The position numbers and the translations under genes are program-made. A stretch of 63,908 bases of DNA, filler included, from Octopus bimaculoides (Eukaryota): the NCBI RefSeq assembly GCF_001194135.2. It is 7 parts of 7 records of this genome, joined end to end, with 100 filler letters (N's around TTAATTAATTAA, not from the genome) between each part and the next. Parts side by side here need not be neighbours in the genome. Positions count along the whole stretch, not along the records: positions 1 to 12,347 come from NC_068989.1; positions 12,448 to 28,911 come from NC_068981.1; 5 more parts are not named here. One strand, written 5' to 3'. Positions 1 through 12,509 of the stretch are shown here, in pieces. The first letter of the stretch is position 1, and each line of letters begins with the position of its first letter. A model generated the notes under the pieces. It was not told the origin of the DNA. It was given only the letters and a program-made list of their open reading frames with translations, and did no database searches.

Positions 1-43
1 TATTTTGTTTAAAAGAGCTCCAACACTGTCTGTTTTTTATGTT

Positions 44-700
44 TTATTTAAATTCCTGCAGAACCAATGTGGGGTATAGAATATGGAATATACAATATAT
101 AATATAATATACAATATATAATATAAAATAAAATAAAATAAAAATGGATGGCACCATGAAAGAAAGTATTGAATGTAGATGAAATATTGAGTGTTCAATA
201 TAAAGGATCAAATATATAAATATATAAATATTAATATATAAAGGTGACACGAGTTTCAGGGCTATTTCCCTTCGTCATGGCCGGTATGACAAACGTCTCG
301 TATATTTGTGATGATGCATCTAGTAAGATTATTGAGAATATATATTTCATTTCTGTAAATAATAATAATAGTAATAATAGTAACTTATAAGCTTAAAGCT
401 TATAACCGATCATCGTTCAATAACTAAAGAAAATGGTCTAATAATGCAGCATAAAGGCACTCAACAAAGAGAAGTAGGTTTCCTGTACTCGTGAGACTGG
501 AATCCACATCTCTGTTTTCGCGACAAGCTTGCTACCCTTTGCACCAACGTATATTTCATTATTGAATATTTGTAATTACCCACATTCTCCATAACCTTTA
601 CTCTTAACTCACTCATTGAGCCACGAATACATTGACGTTGTGCATCTAACTTCTCGCGCAAAGCTGTGGATTTATAATTTCATATCTCAATTCTTATACA
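44..700 (-). mobile_element. Probable decayed Penelope-like element 3' end with hammerhead-like motif
   Basis: Minus strand 278-246 reads ATGACGA-AGGG-AAATAG-CCCT-GAAAC-TCGT-GTC, the pattern typical of Penelope-like termini. No intact ORF; the extent is approximate. Confidence 0.35.
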
Positions 701-1372
701 GGAATGACTATTTCAACTTCCTTTATTTATTATGTTCCTCGGATATGTTCCAAGCATTCACTAAAACCCTTTAAAATATGTCTACTTCTGCCAGATTACA
801 ATGCATTTGTCTAGACAAGCAGTATGATTCTAATAATGAAACGAACAAATTATTATGCTGACGCTCATTGTTTATTATCAAATTTTCCAACGAACAATAC
901 ATGTTTGCACTTACTTTCCATAAGTAATATCAGTTCCATATAGATTGCATTTGGAAAAGTTTGCGTACTATGGGGTATACAATATACTTACCTGGCAGCA
1001 AATGTAACACGACGAATATTAATTAACTAGATATAATAATTCGTTCAAACACCTAAGATTATAGCTTAAGGTCACCAGACGTATTGTATCATTCATTCAG
1101 AACGCATACTCACATTGGTGTAAACCCAATCACATATACATAGTCACACACACACACCCACACACACGCTCACATACATACATACATACATACATGCATA
1201 CAAACATATATACATATACATAGTCACACACACACGCTTACATACATACATACATACATACATGCATACATACATATATACATATATATGTACATATATG
1301 TATATATCTACATGCACATACGCACTCACACACACATATATTTACAGACATATAGGTATGTATATACAGACT

Positions 1373-1421
<49 letters not shown>

Positions 1422-2073
1422 ATTCGAAACCATTCGATTGATATCAAGTAATTTGCATGTTGCTGTTAAAATTTCTAAACACCATGCAAACTGTTGAGTC
1501 GTGTATACTATGTGAAAACCCAAGGACCAATTTACCTATTTCGATGTCTACTTTGTTATACACACATACACACATATACATACACACATACATTAAGCCA
1601 TATATATGTACATATTTTAGGACATATATATGATTATACACACTCATAAATGTATACATATATACATATGCAAACATATAAACACATGCATATATATTTA
1701 AATTTGTGCGTATGTGTGAATTTTTGGTATAATAAATTCATGCACTAAAATTCTTTGTTTTTTTTGGGGTGGAGATTGTGACTCTGGGAGTAAAGGTAAA
1801 GATAATACCGTGCAAATTCCAATTGAAAAGAAGAAAAAAATACATTTGAATATTTAAATTAGACGTCTGCCTGTAAGACACGAAACCACATCACCTGTAA
1901 AAATGAAATGTTCCACGATCAGACCTCAACCATTTTTCCGAATATTAGTTGCACACACTTCTCTATAGCTTTATCTACTCCGAGATGCACATTCCGCCCC
2001 CTAGAAAGGAACTATTTCCCATTCGCCAGAAGTTTATCACAATCGTTTTGTTAAAATCTTTTTTTGTGCTGTA

Positions 2074-2285
2074 AAGCGGCAAGCTAGCAGAATGGTTAGT
2101 ACACTGGACCCAATGTTCAGCGGCTTTTCCCCCGTGTTGAACGTTCTGACTTCAAATTGCGAGGAAATGAACTTTTGCTTTATTCCTTTCGAGGTCGATA
2201 AAATATTACCAGTTTGGAACTGCTCGAGGCAATGGCCTATGCCCTCACCGCTAAATTTCGTGCCTATAGATGACAAGATTTTCTT
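2074..2285 (+). mobile_element. SINE family A (tRNA-like head, TTTCATCCTTTCG.GGTCGATAAA core), diverged copy
   Basis: GCGGCAAGCTAGCAGAATGGTTAG head, GTTCTGACTTCAAAT box and TTCCTTTCGAGGTCGATAAAA core, shared with the copies at 25.3-27.1, 33.8-34.4, 42.0 and 50.9-51.4 kb. Confidence 0.7.
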
Positions 2286-2939
2286 TGTTTCCATTTCTTA
2301 TTTCTGGAGTTCATCGTTCAATCATTTTAACTTGGTCGTCAGCATATTTTTAAACTTGAGTTTCAATGGACAAACTACTGGGAGTCGCTTCAATTAAACT
2401 TTGAAGGACATATACGAAGACTCCACTGCTTTTGTGAGGCTTAATCTCGCCACTTTCTGTTTTGGGTGAGAGTCTTGGGTTTTTGAAATGTGAGTCTTCT
2501 AAATTGCATTTTTATGAGGGACATGGTTTAGCCAAGAATCTCCATAATTTACATGATACTTTCAAAACGTTCTTCAAATATCTGCATGATGCTATGTTAC
2601 CGTCGTTATAGTTATAGCGGAAAACGTCAAATAAAATTTAGTGTGTGTCAGAAAGTCATATAAATCAATATTTGCTATAAATGTTCATATTTTCATTTAA
2701 AATATTGTGTTGTCTGTGAAAATGTCTCTTTGTTGTTTATCAAGGGAGTGTAAAGACGTTATTTCAGTCTTGACAAAATACTAAGATACGAGTGAACAAG
2801 TCATAACAGTAGTGATAGAAAAGCATGCTTTTGCACCACATGGGCAAATAGGAAACAATAATTTGGTACGTTTAAACGATTCATAATATCCAAATAAACA
2901 AGGTCTAAAGGGAACGTTTGCCAGTAGCCAGAAAGGCTG

Positions 2940-3390
2940 ATAATAATAATAAAGGCCATGAAACAATAGCATGCACTGGCTCTCATGGCTTCTTGTCTAA
3001 ACTGACTGGAAGCGTTTTCATTTATATTTGTTTTATCTTGGTGCATATTTGTTTTGTCTTGCTTTTTGTAAAAGATAGGCTTTTCGAAAAAACTATTTTG
3101 CTCAATACTACAAATATGCTTGTCAGGTGTTTGACCTTAACCAGTTGAGCATGTCCAGTCGTGCATCTCTGATCATGAGAAGTAGTGGGGTAGCATCTTA
3201 GCCATGTGTCTAGAGGAATTTCGGGTGTTTCAATAATTCACCCCTGGAAAAGTGCTTGGTTCGTCAAACATCCTTAGACAACGCTTATTCAGGGACCTTT
3301 TGAGCGGGATGGGCTCCTGGACTTCAAGAAGATTCTATCTGGACCACACCTGCAAGGATATGTGCTACTCTCTCACTCATTAATAACAGC
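2940..3390. repeat. Interspersed repeat, copy 1 of an adjacent diverged pair
   Basis: Shares blocks such as CCAGTTGAGCATGTCC, GTGCATCTCTGATCATGAG, AGAGGAATT and ATAATTCACC with 3555-3885. Both copies begin at an (AAT)n run. Confidence 0.7.
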
Positions 3391-3409
3391 GATGTTGAAC
3401 ACGGCGATG

Positions 3410-3428
3410 ATAATGATTATAATGATGG

Positions 3429-3472
<44 letters not shown>

Positions 3473-3479
3473 GTGATGG

Positions 3480-3530
<51 letters not shown>
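3410..3530 (+). repeat. (GAT)n microsatellite
   Basis: Direct reading. Confidence 0.95.
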
Positions 3531-3531
<1 letters not shown>

Positions 3532-3554
3532 GTGAATGTTAATAATAATAACAA

Positions 3555-3885
3555 AAATAATAACAAATGCCCTGATGCAGTACTAGGCAGTGGCTGCCAT
3601 GGCTTCTGATCTTAACTGATTGGAAGTGTTATCATGTACATTATTTTGTCTTGGTATAAAAGATGGGCTACAGCAAATTTTCTGCTCAATATCACAGATT
3701 TACTGGTTAGTTGCTTGACCTTATCCAGTTGAGCATGTCCCTTAGTGGCTGACGATATGTGCATCTCTGATCATGAGCAGAAGTAGTGGGGAAGCATCAT
3801 AGCCGTGTGCTGAGAGGAATTCTTTGGTGTTTGGATAATTCACCTTTGGAAACATGGATTCTTCGTTTAACATCCTTAAAAGGTC
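3555..3885. repeat. Interspersed repeat, copy 2 of an adjacent diverged pair
   Basis: Homologous to 2940-3390 as described there. Confidence 0.7.
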
Positions 3886-4149
3886 AGGGATATGGAGCTA
3901 TAGATGTACACTAGTATATCGATAACATCGAGTTTTACACTGATGATGATGTACAGCTTGAAACACTGTGATATACAACATTCGGATACACCAGACGAAT
4001 TGATAAAAATTTAGTTTAGAATATGTGCCTACACATCTTTGCAAACAAGTGAGTTCAATAAAATGTCAATAATATTTTTTTACACTGAGAAACACAGTTA
4101 AGTATTGCAAACACAGATTTACTATTTCTTAAGAATGAACGAAGAATAA

Positions 4150-4890
4150 ATGAAGGAGATATAAAACACACAGAAGTACAATAAATATTGAAGAGTCATA
4201 ATACAGAATAAAAGAGGAAACAGAGTTAAATGCCAAAAATAAGGTAATAGGTATTAACAAATATATTGTCATAGTTGAAGTTATACTTATATAAAAAAGA
4301 ATTGTAAGTGAATTAGAGTGACTAGACAGTAAGAAAAATACTTCTCAACAACCACTCGAAGAAGTCCTTACAAATGTTTATATTTATTAAAACTAGAAAT
4401 TACCTCGGGCTTTCCACATCCAAAATGTAATTATAACGTATTATTATGCCGCTCTTCTCAGATATATCGTAAAGGACAAAGGGAAAATAATGTAGCTATC
4501 TCCAGGAAAAACAAAAAAACGAGAACGAAGCCGACAAATATGAAAGAGAGATTCGGATAAAAGATTACTGAGTGGATGGTGCAACAACACTAAGAATCCT
4601 ATATTGAGGATGAACATAGGATTACAGAATTTCATCCTACGTTTATACGGCTATCAAGAACAGATTCTTCGTGGCCAATATAATACATAACAGTGCAAAG
4701 CGGAAGGGAATGAAAAAGAAATAACACATGATTGCCAAAGAAGAAACTCAAACATTCGTGAGCACATGTATACAAAAAGAGATCTATAAACCTATTAATC
4801 AATTACCAAGTTATCTTTGGAAAAGACGAATGTAAGCAAGAAATTCCAAACACAAATATCTCATTCATATGCTAGATGCAATTCATCTAA
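4150..4890 (+). mobile_element. Heavily decayed LINE reverse-transcriptase/thumb-region fragment (possibly R4/Dong-like)
   Basis: Purine-rich, coding-like sequence with broken frames and residual peptide fragments reminiscent of the post-RT region of restriction-like-endonuclease LINEs. Weak. Confidence 0.3.
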
Positions 4891-5681
4891 TGAAGTTCGG
4901 ATGGCAATTATTAAAGAAAAAGTAGCAGAGAGTTCTTAACCAGAATATATGATGCAATGAACGCAAGATGACAGCAGATCTTGTCTTCAGTTGATTCTGT
5001 TTTTGTTTTGTAGTATATATATATATATATATATNNNNNNNNNNNNNNNNNNNNNNNNNNNNNNNNNNNNNNNNNNNNNNNNNNNNNNNNNNNNNNNNNN
5101 NNNNNNNNNNNNNNNNNNNNNNNNNNNNNNNNNNNNNNNNNNNNNNNNNNNNNNNNNNNNNNNNNNNNNNNNNNNNNNNNNNNNNNNNNNNNNNNNNNNN
5201 NNNNNNNNNNNNNNNNNNNNNNNNNNNNNNNNNNNNNNNNNNNNNNNNNNNNNNNNNNNNNNNNNNNNNNNNNNNNNNNNNNNNNNNNNNNNNNNNNNNN
5301 NNNNNNNNNNNNNNNNNNNNNNNNNNNNNNNNNNNNNNNNNNNNNNNNNNNNNNNNNNNNNNNNNNNNNNNNNNNNNNNNNNNNNNNNNNNNNNNNNNNN
5401 NNNNNNNNNNNNNNNNNNNNNNNNNNNNNNNNNNNNNNNNNNNNNNNNNNNNNNNNNNNNNNNNNNNNNNNNNNNNNNNNNNNNNNNNNNNNNNNNNNNN
5501 NNNNNNNNNNNNNNNNNNNNNNNNNNNNNNNNNNNNNNNNNNNNNNNNNNNNNNNNNNNNNNNNNNNTATGTATGTATGCATGTGTGTAGGGTGTGGTGT
5601 GTGTGTTGTGTGTGTGCACGTGTGTGTGCGTGTGCACTGTCTAACCGAATACAGTGAATGTACGCCGAGATATAAATATAT

Positions 5682-5932
5682 AAAGGTAAAGTTACTTGCT
5701 CGAGTTATATGGACTCATGCGGGCCGGTTTCCCGGTTTCATGGCCTATATACTTCCCACCTAGATGGGAGGCCTGTGCGTCGCAGAATTACGCATTTTTG
5801 TCAGCTGAGTGTACTAGAGCAACGTGATTTAGTGTGTTCCTGAAGTATACAACACGTCGCACGGTCGAGGAATCGAAACCAGAATCTTACGATCATGAGT
5901 CTAGCAACTTAACCACTAAGCCACGCGCCTCC
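5682..5932 (-). mobile_element. SINE family D (tRNA-derived head)
   Basis: Minus strand begins GGAGGCGCGTGGCTTAGTGGTTAAG (A box) ...GGTTTCGATTCC (B box) and ends ATAGGCCATGAAACCGGGAAACCGG. A homologous plus-strand copy lies at 42255-42504. Confidence 0.75.
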
Positions 5933-5989
5933 ACTGAGATATAAGTGTTGAAATCTCAAACTGAATTGGGACAGGAGGGAAAGTATTTA

Positions 5990-6450
5990 ACTCATTAAGA
6001 CTTGTAGTCCAAACAAAGCTAGGCGATACCATAGATGCTAGACACTTCAGTAGCACCGTCTTAGCAGCGCTCTTATACGGAAATGAGATGTGGGCTATAC
6101 AAAGAGAAGAGAACGTCAATTGTCTTCGACACAAAGAGCAATAGAAAGATCTATGCAAGAAATATGATTAAGAGAGAACATTCGAAATGAGTGAGTTCGA
6201 GATCGGAGCGGAGTGAACGATGTGAACGTAGAGTAAGAACAAGTTCCGAAAGAACACGTTCCGCTGAGTCGGGTATGTAGCAAGGTTCACATAAAACAAT
6301 GGGATCCGAGTAGTCAACGCGTAGTATCCAAGTGATCGGAAGGCGCCATTTAGAAGTCTTCCACGAGGTGGGGAAGGCGATTTGGTCAAGCAATTAGGGT
6401 CAAGATGGAAAAGAATGAAGCGAACATGACGAAATTTGAAGCGCATTATG
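5990..6450 (+). mobile_element. RTE-clade LINE, decayed C-terminal fragment
   Basis: Translates with breaks to FSSTVLAALLYGNEMW...RENIRNE*VRDRSGVNDV..., matching the RTE pattern (F.S.VLP.L.Y..ETW; IRN..IR.RSGV.DV). Confidence 0.65.
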
Positions 6451-7597
6451 TCCAGCGGTGTATAACATTTGATGGCTTGATAGATACAGAGATATTGTGA
6501 TATATATCACACACACTCAAACACACACATATATGATATCTCAGGTTGAATTATTCCTTATATTTTAATTGTTGTTGCTTGTCACTTTATATGTATATGT
6601 ACACACATACGACTTACTGTACAGTACGAAGCATATGCATTATTCACCATTCTTGCTTCATGCATGATATAAATAACAATCTATGAATAATCTCCATTTT
6701 GTCAAGAACCTTGGTAATTTGCAGCAGCTTAGCAAATACCTTGAATATGCATTGAGTAGGAATTATGCAAAAAAATAATAATGATAATAATAAAACGGCA
6801 ATAGAATATCAAGTCGCTGATGTCATTCGGAGCACCTTTCAATAGGGATTTCACTTCTACTTTTTACAGAAGCATCCATGTTGATAGGAATACAAACACA
6901 AAAAGAATTGAGTGTGAAAAATATATGGCCGATAATCCAAGTACCGTATTAAATCTCATCTGAAGGTAGCAACTATATCATTAACAAGCTTGCAGTGCTA
7001 ATTACAGCGTTTGTTTCTTTAGTATTTTATCAGAACTAATTTAAGCTATGGGCCGAAACGCCAGAAATCTTATGAAAATGACATGCATTACGTGAGGAAT
7101 ATGACATCAAATGATTATATGTTCCATGTTCCAGAAATTATGTAAAGGATTGTTGTGCGTGCGGAGGAAATATTTAAAAGCGTTTATTAATACTGTTTAC
7201 TACATTTTCAAATCCCAAATCACGTCTCGTTGATTGTGATTTTTATAGAAAAATGGCAAATCGATCATTCGCGCTATGTTCGTACTCTACCTATAAAATA
7301 CAATTCTAAATTTTTAAGGCACAACTCCCTTCAAAAATTACCGACATACTTTAGAGGATATATAAATACATATTCTGTAAATAATAATTATAAGCGTCAG
7401 CTTATGAACGTTCGCTGTATATTGGCTACAGAAAATAGTCTAGCATTGGGGCATATAAACTGTTGTGTAGGAAGTCGTATACGAGTACATATAGCCAATA
7501 TGCAGCGAACACTCATACGTTTACGCTTCTAATTATTATATACAGAATTTGCAGTCGTCACCGTTTCTTAAGTTTATGCAGAATATAATAATGATGA

Positions 7598-7663
<66 letters not shown>

Positions 7664-7677
7664 AACTGCTGCTGCTG

Positions 7678-7740
<63 letters not shown>

Positions 7741-7741
7741 T
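7598..7741 (+). repeat. (CTA)n microsatellite with short (CTG)n interruption
   Basis: Direct reading; lies at the 3' end of the adjacent minus-strand LINE fragment. Confidence 0.95.
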
Positions 7742-7744
7742 TTT

Positions 7745-8362
7745 ACTTTTAATTTGCATGTTTGTTACAATTACTTGCCGAGACACACCCAGCGTCGAAT
7801 GGTGAGTGAAGGATAAGAGATGTTACAGTATGACTGAAGGTTTGGGGAGGGGAAGTGGTAGGGGCAGTAGCGAAATATCTTTATGTAATAAAACACAGAC
7901 ATTTAAATGGATATGGTTTTCCTAAGTATGTGGGTAGTAATTGTCAGCACAATCTTTTGGATTTCTCTGAGACTTGGTTCTTATCTAGATGTTTCTGACA
8001 TCCCTTTTTTTCGTACCTAAGGCACGTACAATAACAGGAAGTTCTCACTTTAAGATACCACATCTTTTGTATTTCAGGTCCTTATATTTACTTAATTTGT
8101 CAAATTCCTTTACAGGTATATTTTAACAGTGGGAATACTTACCTCTATTAGTCTGCAAGTATTTTCTTTCCTGTCTTTAATAATTATGCCTGGTCGAGTA
8201 ACCTGGACCATTCTCTCAGTATTGACTGGAAAATACCAGAAGGTAGTGATCTTTTTAATTTCAACGACTGGCGCAGGCTGTAATTGTTCCCACTGATAAA
8301 AATATATCTGGAAAGGATTTTGACAAATTAAGTAATAATTCTGTCGGATACTTAACACGATG
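7745..8362 (-). mobile_element. R4/Dong-like LINE 3' fragment (restriction-like endonuclease region and 3' UTR)
   Basis: Peptides TRPGIIIKDRKENTCRLIEVSIP, KEFDKLSKYKDL and LREIQKIVLTITTHILRKTISI* match the (R)PD...D/E endonuclease C-terminus of R4/NeSL-type elements. Frameshifted. Confidence 0.7.
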
Positions 8363-8364
8363 CC

Positions 8365-8438
<74 letters not shown>

Positions 8439-8482
8439 TAATAATAATAATATTAATAATAATAATAATAAATAATAATAAT
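8365..8482 (+). repeat. (AAT)n microsatellite
   Basis: Direct reading. Confidence 0.95.
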
Positions 8483-10280
8483 TATGGAACTAATTTTATT
8501 ACAAAAATAGATCTATCCACTCTATCGCAGTGCAATTAACACTACTCTGAATCTGGAATCCGTACTACTAGAGACTCAGTAATCGTTAGATAGAGTTTTC
8601 GCTAGAAATGACACAATGAATCACCTTAAATTAGCTCCCAAATATTTCCTTCGAGTCCTTGAATTTGAATAGCTATGAATGGTTAACCAATACTTCTCCA
8701 TCATTCACTCCGTCATGTTAACTTGGTGATTCAATTATTATTCACTTATCTTAGGTGATATCTTTGCGAGTAATGTTACTAGAGAAATTCGTAATGAATA
8801 AATGCTAATAACATTGAAAGGTCGGTAGCTGAATAATATTGAAGAAACGAGAGGTTAGATATGGTACGTGTGATAATGTTATTACACTGTGTGTTTGCCT
8901 ACCAATGTCCATATAATCAGCTTTGATTTAGTAAAGAAAGTGCAGTACTGGATTTGTTTAAATCGAATACGCATCGGTTGGATTTGAAGCAATAGGTAAA
9001 AAGCCAGAACGAATACCTAAAAAGAAAAGGCCACTTGGTCTGAACCTCTAACGATTTAGTCAAATCCAGTGCCATTAAAATTTCTGGCAAATATTCAATG
9101 TTAAACGTGTAGAAAAGGTATTTTGTCGACTAAATTGACCTAGAAGAAAATAGGAAAATTTTTCTTTTGCATGATTAGAATTCAGATGATAAAATGCTGA
9201 AACACATATTGTCAGAAAATTTGACGGAGTTTATAACAATCAGCCAATTCTTGGCTATCCTTTTATCTATAATACAAACAAGCAGTGTATGAAATTATGT
9301 GGAAATATCTCATTTGATATTCTCTCCTTATCTATGCGTACAAAATCATTACTTGGACTTACCTGATACCAGGTGCTGTTCATATGCTTGATACGTTGAG
9401 AACATTTGATCTGTGAACTACATTATAACGATGGAAAAAATCAAGCTAAACTACAGTTTTATAACTTAAAAACCGAAACACTAAAAGTAGGGAGAAGACT
9501 GGTAGAGAGAGCAGAGAGGGAAGTCAAAAGAGCTAACAGATTGCAGTGCAAAAGGAAGGGGAGAAAGGGGGGGAGAGAAAGGGAAGACACAGAACGTGAC
9601 ACATAGCAGCATAGAAGGAAGGGGAGGAGGAGATGAAGAGAGAGAAAGGACAGATAGATAAACAGAGAACGTGTGTGTTAAAAGTGAGAGAGGAAGAGAA
9701 AGAAGGGAGAGACGTCGAACGAAAATATGGATTATTTTCGTGTTCTGTTTGGTCCTAAGGCCTTATTTTGTTCGTTTATTTATATTAGTTCATTAGTATG
9801 TTGAAAGTTCTGCTTGTCTTCATCTCTATAACCCTAACATCCACTAATTGGCTCCGTTTTGGTTTACATTTATTCCACATTTGTGTGTTAACTTTCGCAT
9901 TCATGTCTCTGTTCGTTTTCTGTCTTGTATTTTGGTTTGGGTAGCCAATTTCTGGTGGCGTTTTCCGTCGGTAACACCGGTAAGGGGTGCCATATTATCG
10001 GTTAGGTGCAAACATGCGGTTGACCTTCTGGCTGATAACGGATGAAGAGTTAGTGACCATCCGTATATGTTTCCTTGTTGTTTGTGCATTCACTATATGT
10101 TTTTAGCTGATAATACATACATACACAGACATGCACACACGCATATTCATACTTGCACATCTATATCTATATACACACATATATACACACATATATACAA
10201 ACATATATATGTATATACAATTACACAAGTATACATCAGCATACATATAAAAATACCTGCACACATTTATGGTGTGCTTG

Positions 10281-10326
<46 letters not shown>

Positions 10327-11189
10327 GTGTGTGTGTGTATGTGTGCGTGGGACACATTTATGAATGTTCTATGCCAGTTTAAACAACTACTTTTGTTTAT
10401 CAATGGTAAAAATGAAACAAAACAGTAAGCGGAATTAAAAGTACAAGAAAATTTGATGAATTTCGTAACGAGAATATCTGATTGAGAGTCCATTAGATTT
10501 TCCCCCAATAATTTGACCATTTGACCAGCAGTTACAAAGAAGTTCTGAAAAGTAAAAAAAAAAAAACAACAAAAAAACAGGTGTTTTTATATCTGTTGAA
10601 ATATAATTCTTAGTCTTTGATTTTGCTGGTGAAAACTTGAAGTGTTTTAAACTGAAATTGCTTTTTTATATATCAATTTTTGATATAGATTCAAGTCCTG
10701 ATTGTTTAAGCAATTAGTGACGTTACTCATTTTCGTGGGCTAGCTTTCTCGTTATCTGACTGCTAGAATATGGCCGTTTGCGTTTCAGATGTTTTGTTCA
10801 CGTATCAACTATTTTGATCAAATTTTCCCCAATAGTGGTCCAGTTCTCTGGTTGGTTGATTTACTGCATACGTCACTTGTATATCAAATGCCTTGGTGAC
10901 TAGTTTTTGCCATACTGCATTCCAGCGTTCCGGTTGGCTGATTCCCTTAAAATTTCTCTTGTTTACTTATGTCAGCAGAGTTTCATTTCTTTTTCCTGTG
11001 GGAAAGAAAGGGCACGGTTTTAATTGGAAATAAAATCTGATTGGCTAATCACAAACTGATGACAGCAAATAGTGTTAAGAAATGTGTAACGTGTCATTGT
11101 ACAATAGTTTGAATTCAGCGTTTCGATTCATTTTCCTAGTCGCTGTTTTTGCTGTTTTTAGTTTAGTAGAATAAACTGATTTCTAGCAT

Positions 11190-11640
11190 TCTATTTGTGT
11201 TCTATAGTATTTAGATATTATTTGAGTCTGTAGGTTGAAAGTAGATACCGGTTTCAATTGTTGTAAATCTTTTGATGATAAAGATATTCTAAAGCAGGGA
11301 AGCTATTTTTGTAGTTGTATTCCATTGTAAATTGGGTATTGAGGATTATGTTATTAGGTTATTAAACTCCAAGTATTGATCAATAGGTGTGAAAGTAGTG
11401 TTTCCGATTGCGAATAGTATTATTGGACAAATTTTGTGATTTTATAGCCATTTTTCCTTATACTCTTCCTGACGTGAAAATAAACCTCCTTTCCCCACAT
11501 GTATACAACATTTCCGGTCACTTCAGCTATGTAACTACACACATATTTTTCTGGAATATTTTCCCTCTCCGGACCTTCCTTCTCTCCTCTTTTGGCGACC
11601 ATCTGTGTCCTCTGTTTCTCAACTGTTTGTGCAATTAATT
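11190..11640 (-). mobile_element. Penelope-like element reverse-transcriptase fragment, decayed
   Basis: Minus-strand remnants PNLQ(F) and IIKRFTTIETGIYFQPTDS resemble the PLE RT C-terminal motif (PNIQFTME..LPFLD..IETDIY.KPTDS). Confidence 0.5.
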
Positions 11641-12267
11641 ATATGGTTTTAAGTTATATATATATATATACACACACATACATACTTGCGTACATACATA
11701 TTTTCATTATTGTGTTTATGTTCAGTAATGATTAAAAATAAACTGCGTTAATCTGATGGGTTACTCTGTACTCTATACTTACATATAACTGCATATACCT
11801 ACTCACTGGTATGTTTAAATTATATTGCATGATATCATAGTGCCATTAGCAATATTATTTATACTTGTAAAATGTTATGTTTTGCTATCTTGTTAGATTA
11901 TGAAATTGAATTAAAGACAAATTCTTATGAAATATGCTATGTTTATAGACTTAGTAACTAATCTGATCCATGATTAAAAGAAATGGATTACGCCTTCTGT
12001 TTTCAGCTTTCATATGTTTATAATCAATTCCACAAATCAATCTTTTGGTGCGTCACAGAAAACATGTTTTTCGACCAGCCGATTGTTATTTAGAAATAAA
12101 CTGTCTAGAGAAAGATATATTTACTGCACAAAGATCTGAAGGAATACAATAATGCAATTTTAATGTATAAACTGTAGAGTCATAAATATATATTACAGTT
12201 ATCTAGAACAACGTAACGGTGAACCTTATACTAATAATGTAAAAGCTGTTTTGGCAATTTGATCGTG

Positions 12268-12347
<80 letters not shown>

Positions 12348-12447
12348 NNNNNNNNNNNNNNNNNNNNNNNNNNNNNNNNNNNNNNNNNNNNTTAATTAAT
12401 TAANNNNNNNNNNNNNNNNNNNNNNNNNNNNNNNNNNNNNNNNNNNN

Positions 12448-12509
<62 letters not shown>

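Noticed and set aside
984-1150. U1 snRNA gene
   Set aside because: Only the first 15 nt match; no stem-loops or Sm site follow.
3939-3975. CTGATGA...GAAAC hammerhead-like string
   Set aside because: Stem II does not pair, the cleavage triplet would be GUG and there is no stem I; at best a very decayed remnant.
4911-5637. Long ORFs running through N gaps (also 23365-24214, 32443-33120, 37841-38494, 45789-46464)
   Set aside because: They are open only because Ns contain no stops; the flanks are (TA)n/(CA)n.
12392-12403. TTAATTAATTAA islands centred in N runs (also 28956, 44333, 53169, 60114, 62034)
   Set aside because: An identical 12-mer with stops in all six frames, always padded by Ns, is an artificial scaffolding spacer and not a biological repeat or CRISPR-like array. 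It does mean these joins have uncertain size.
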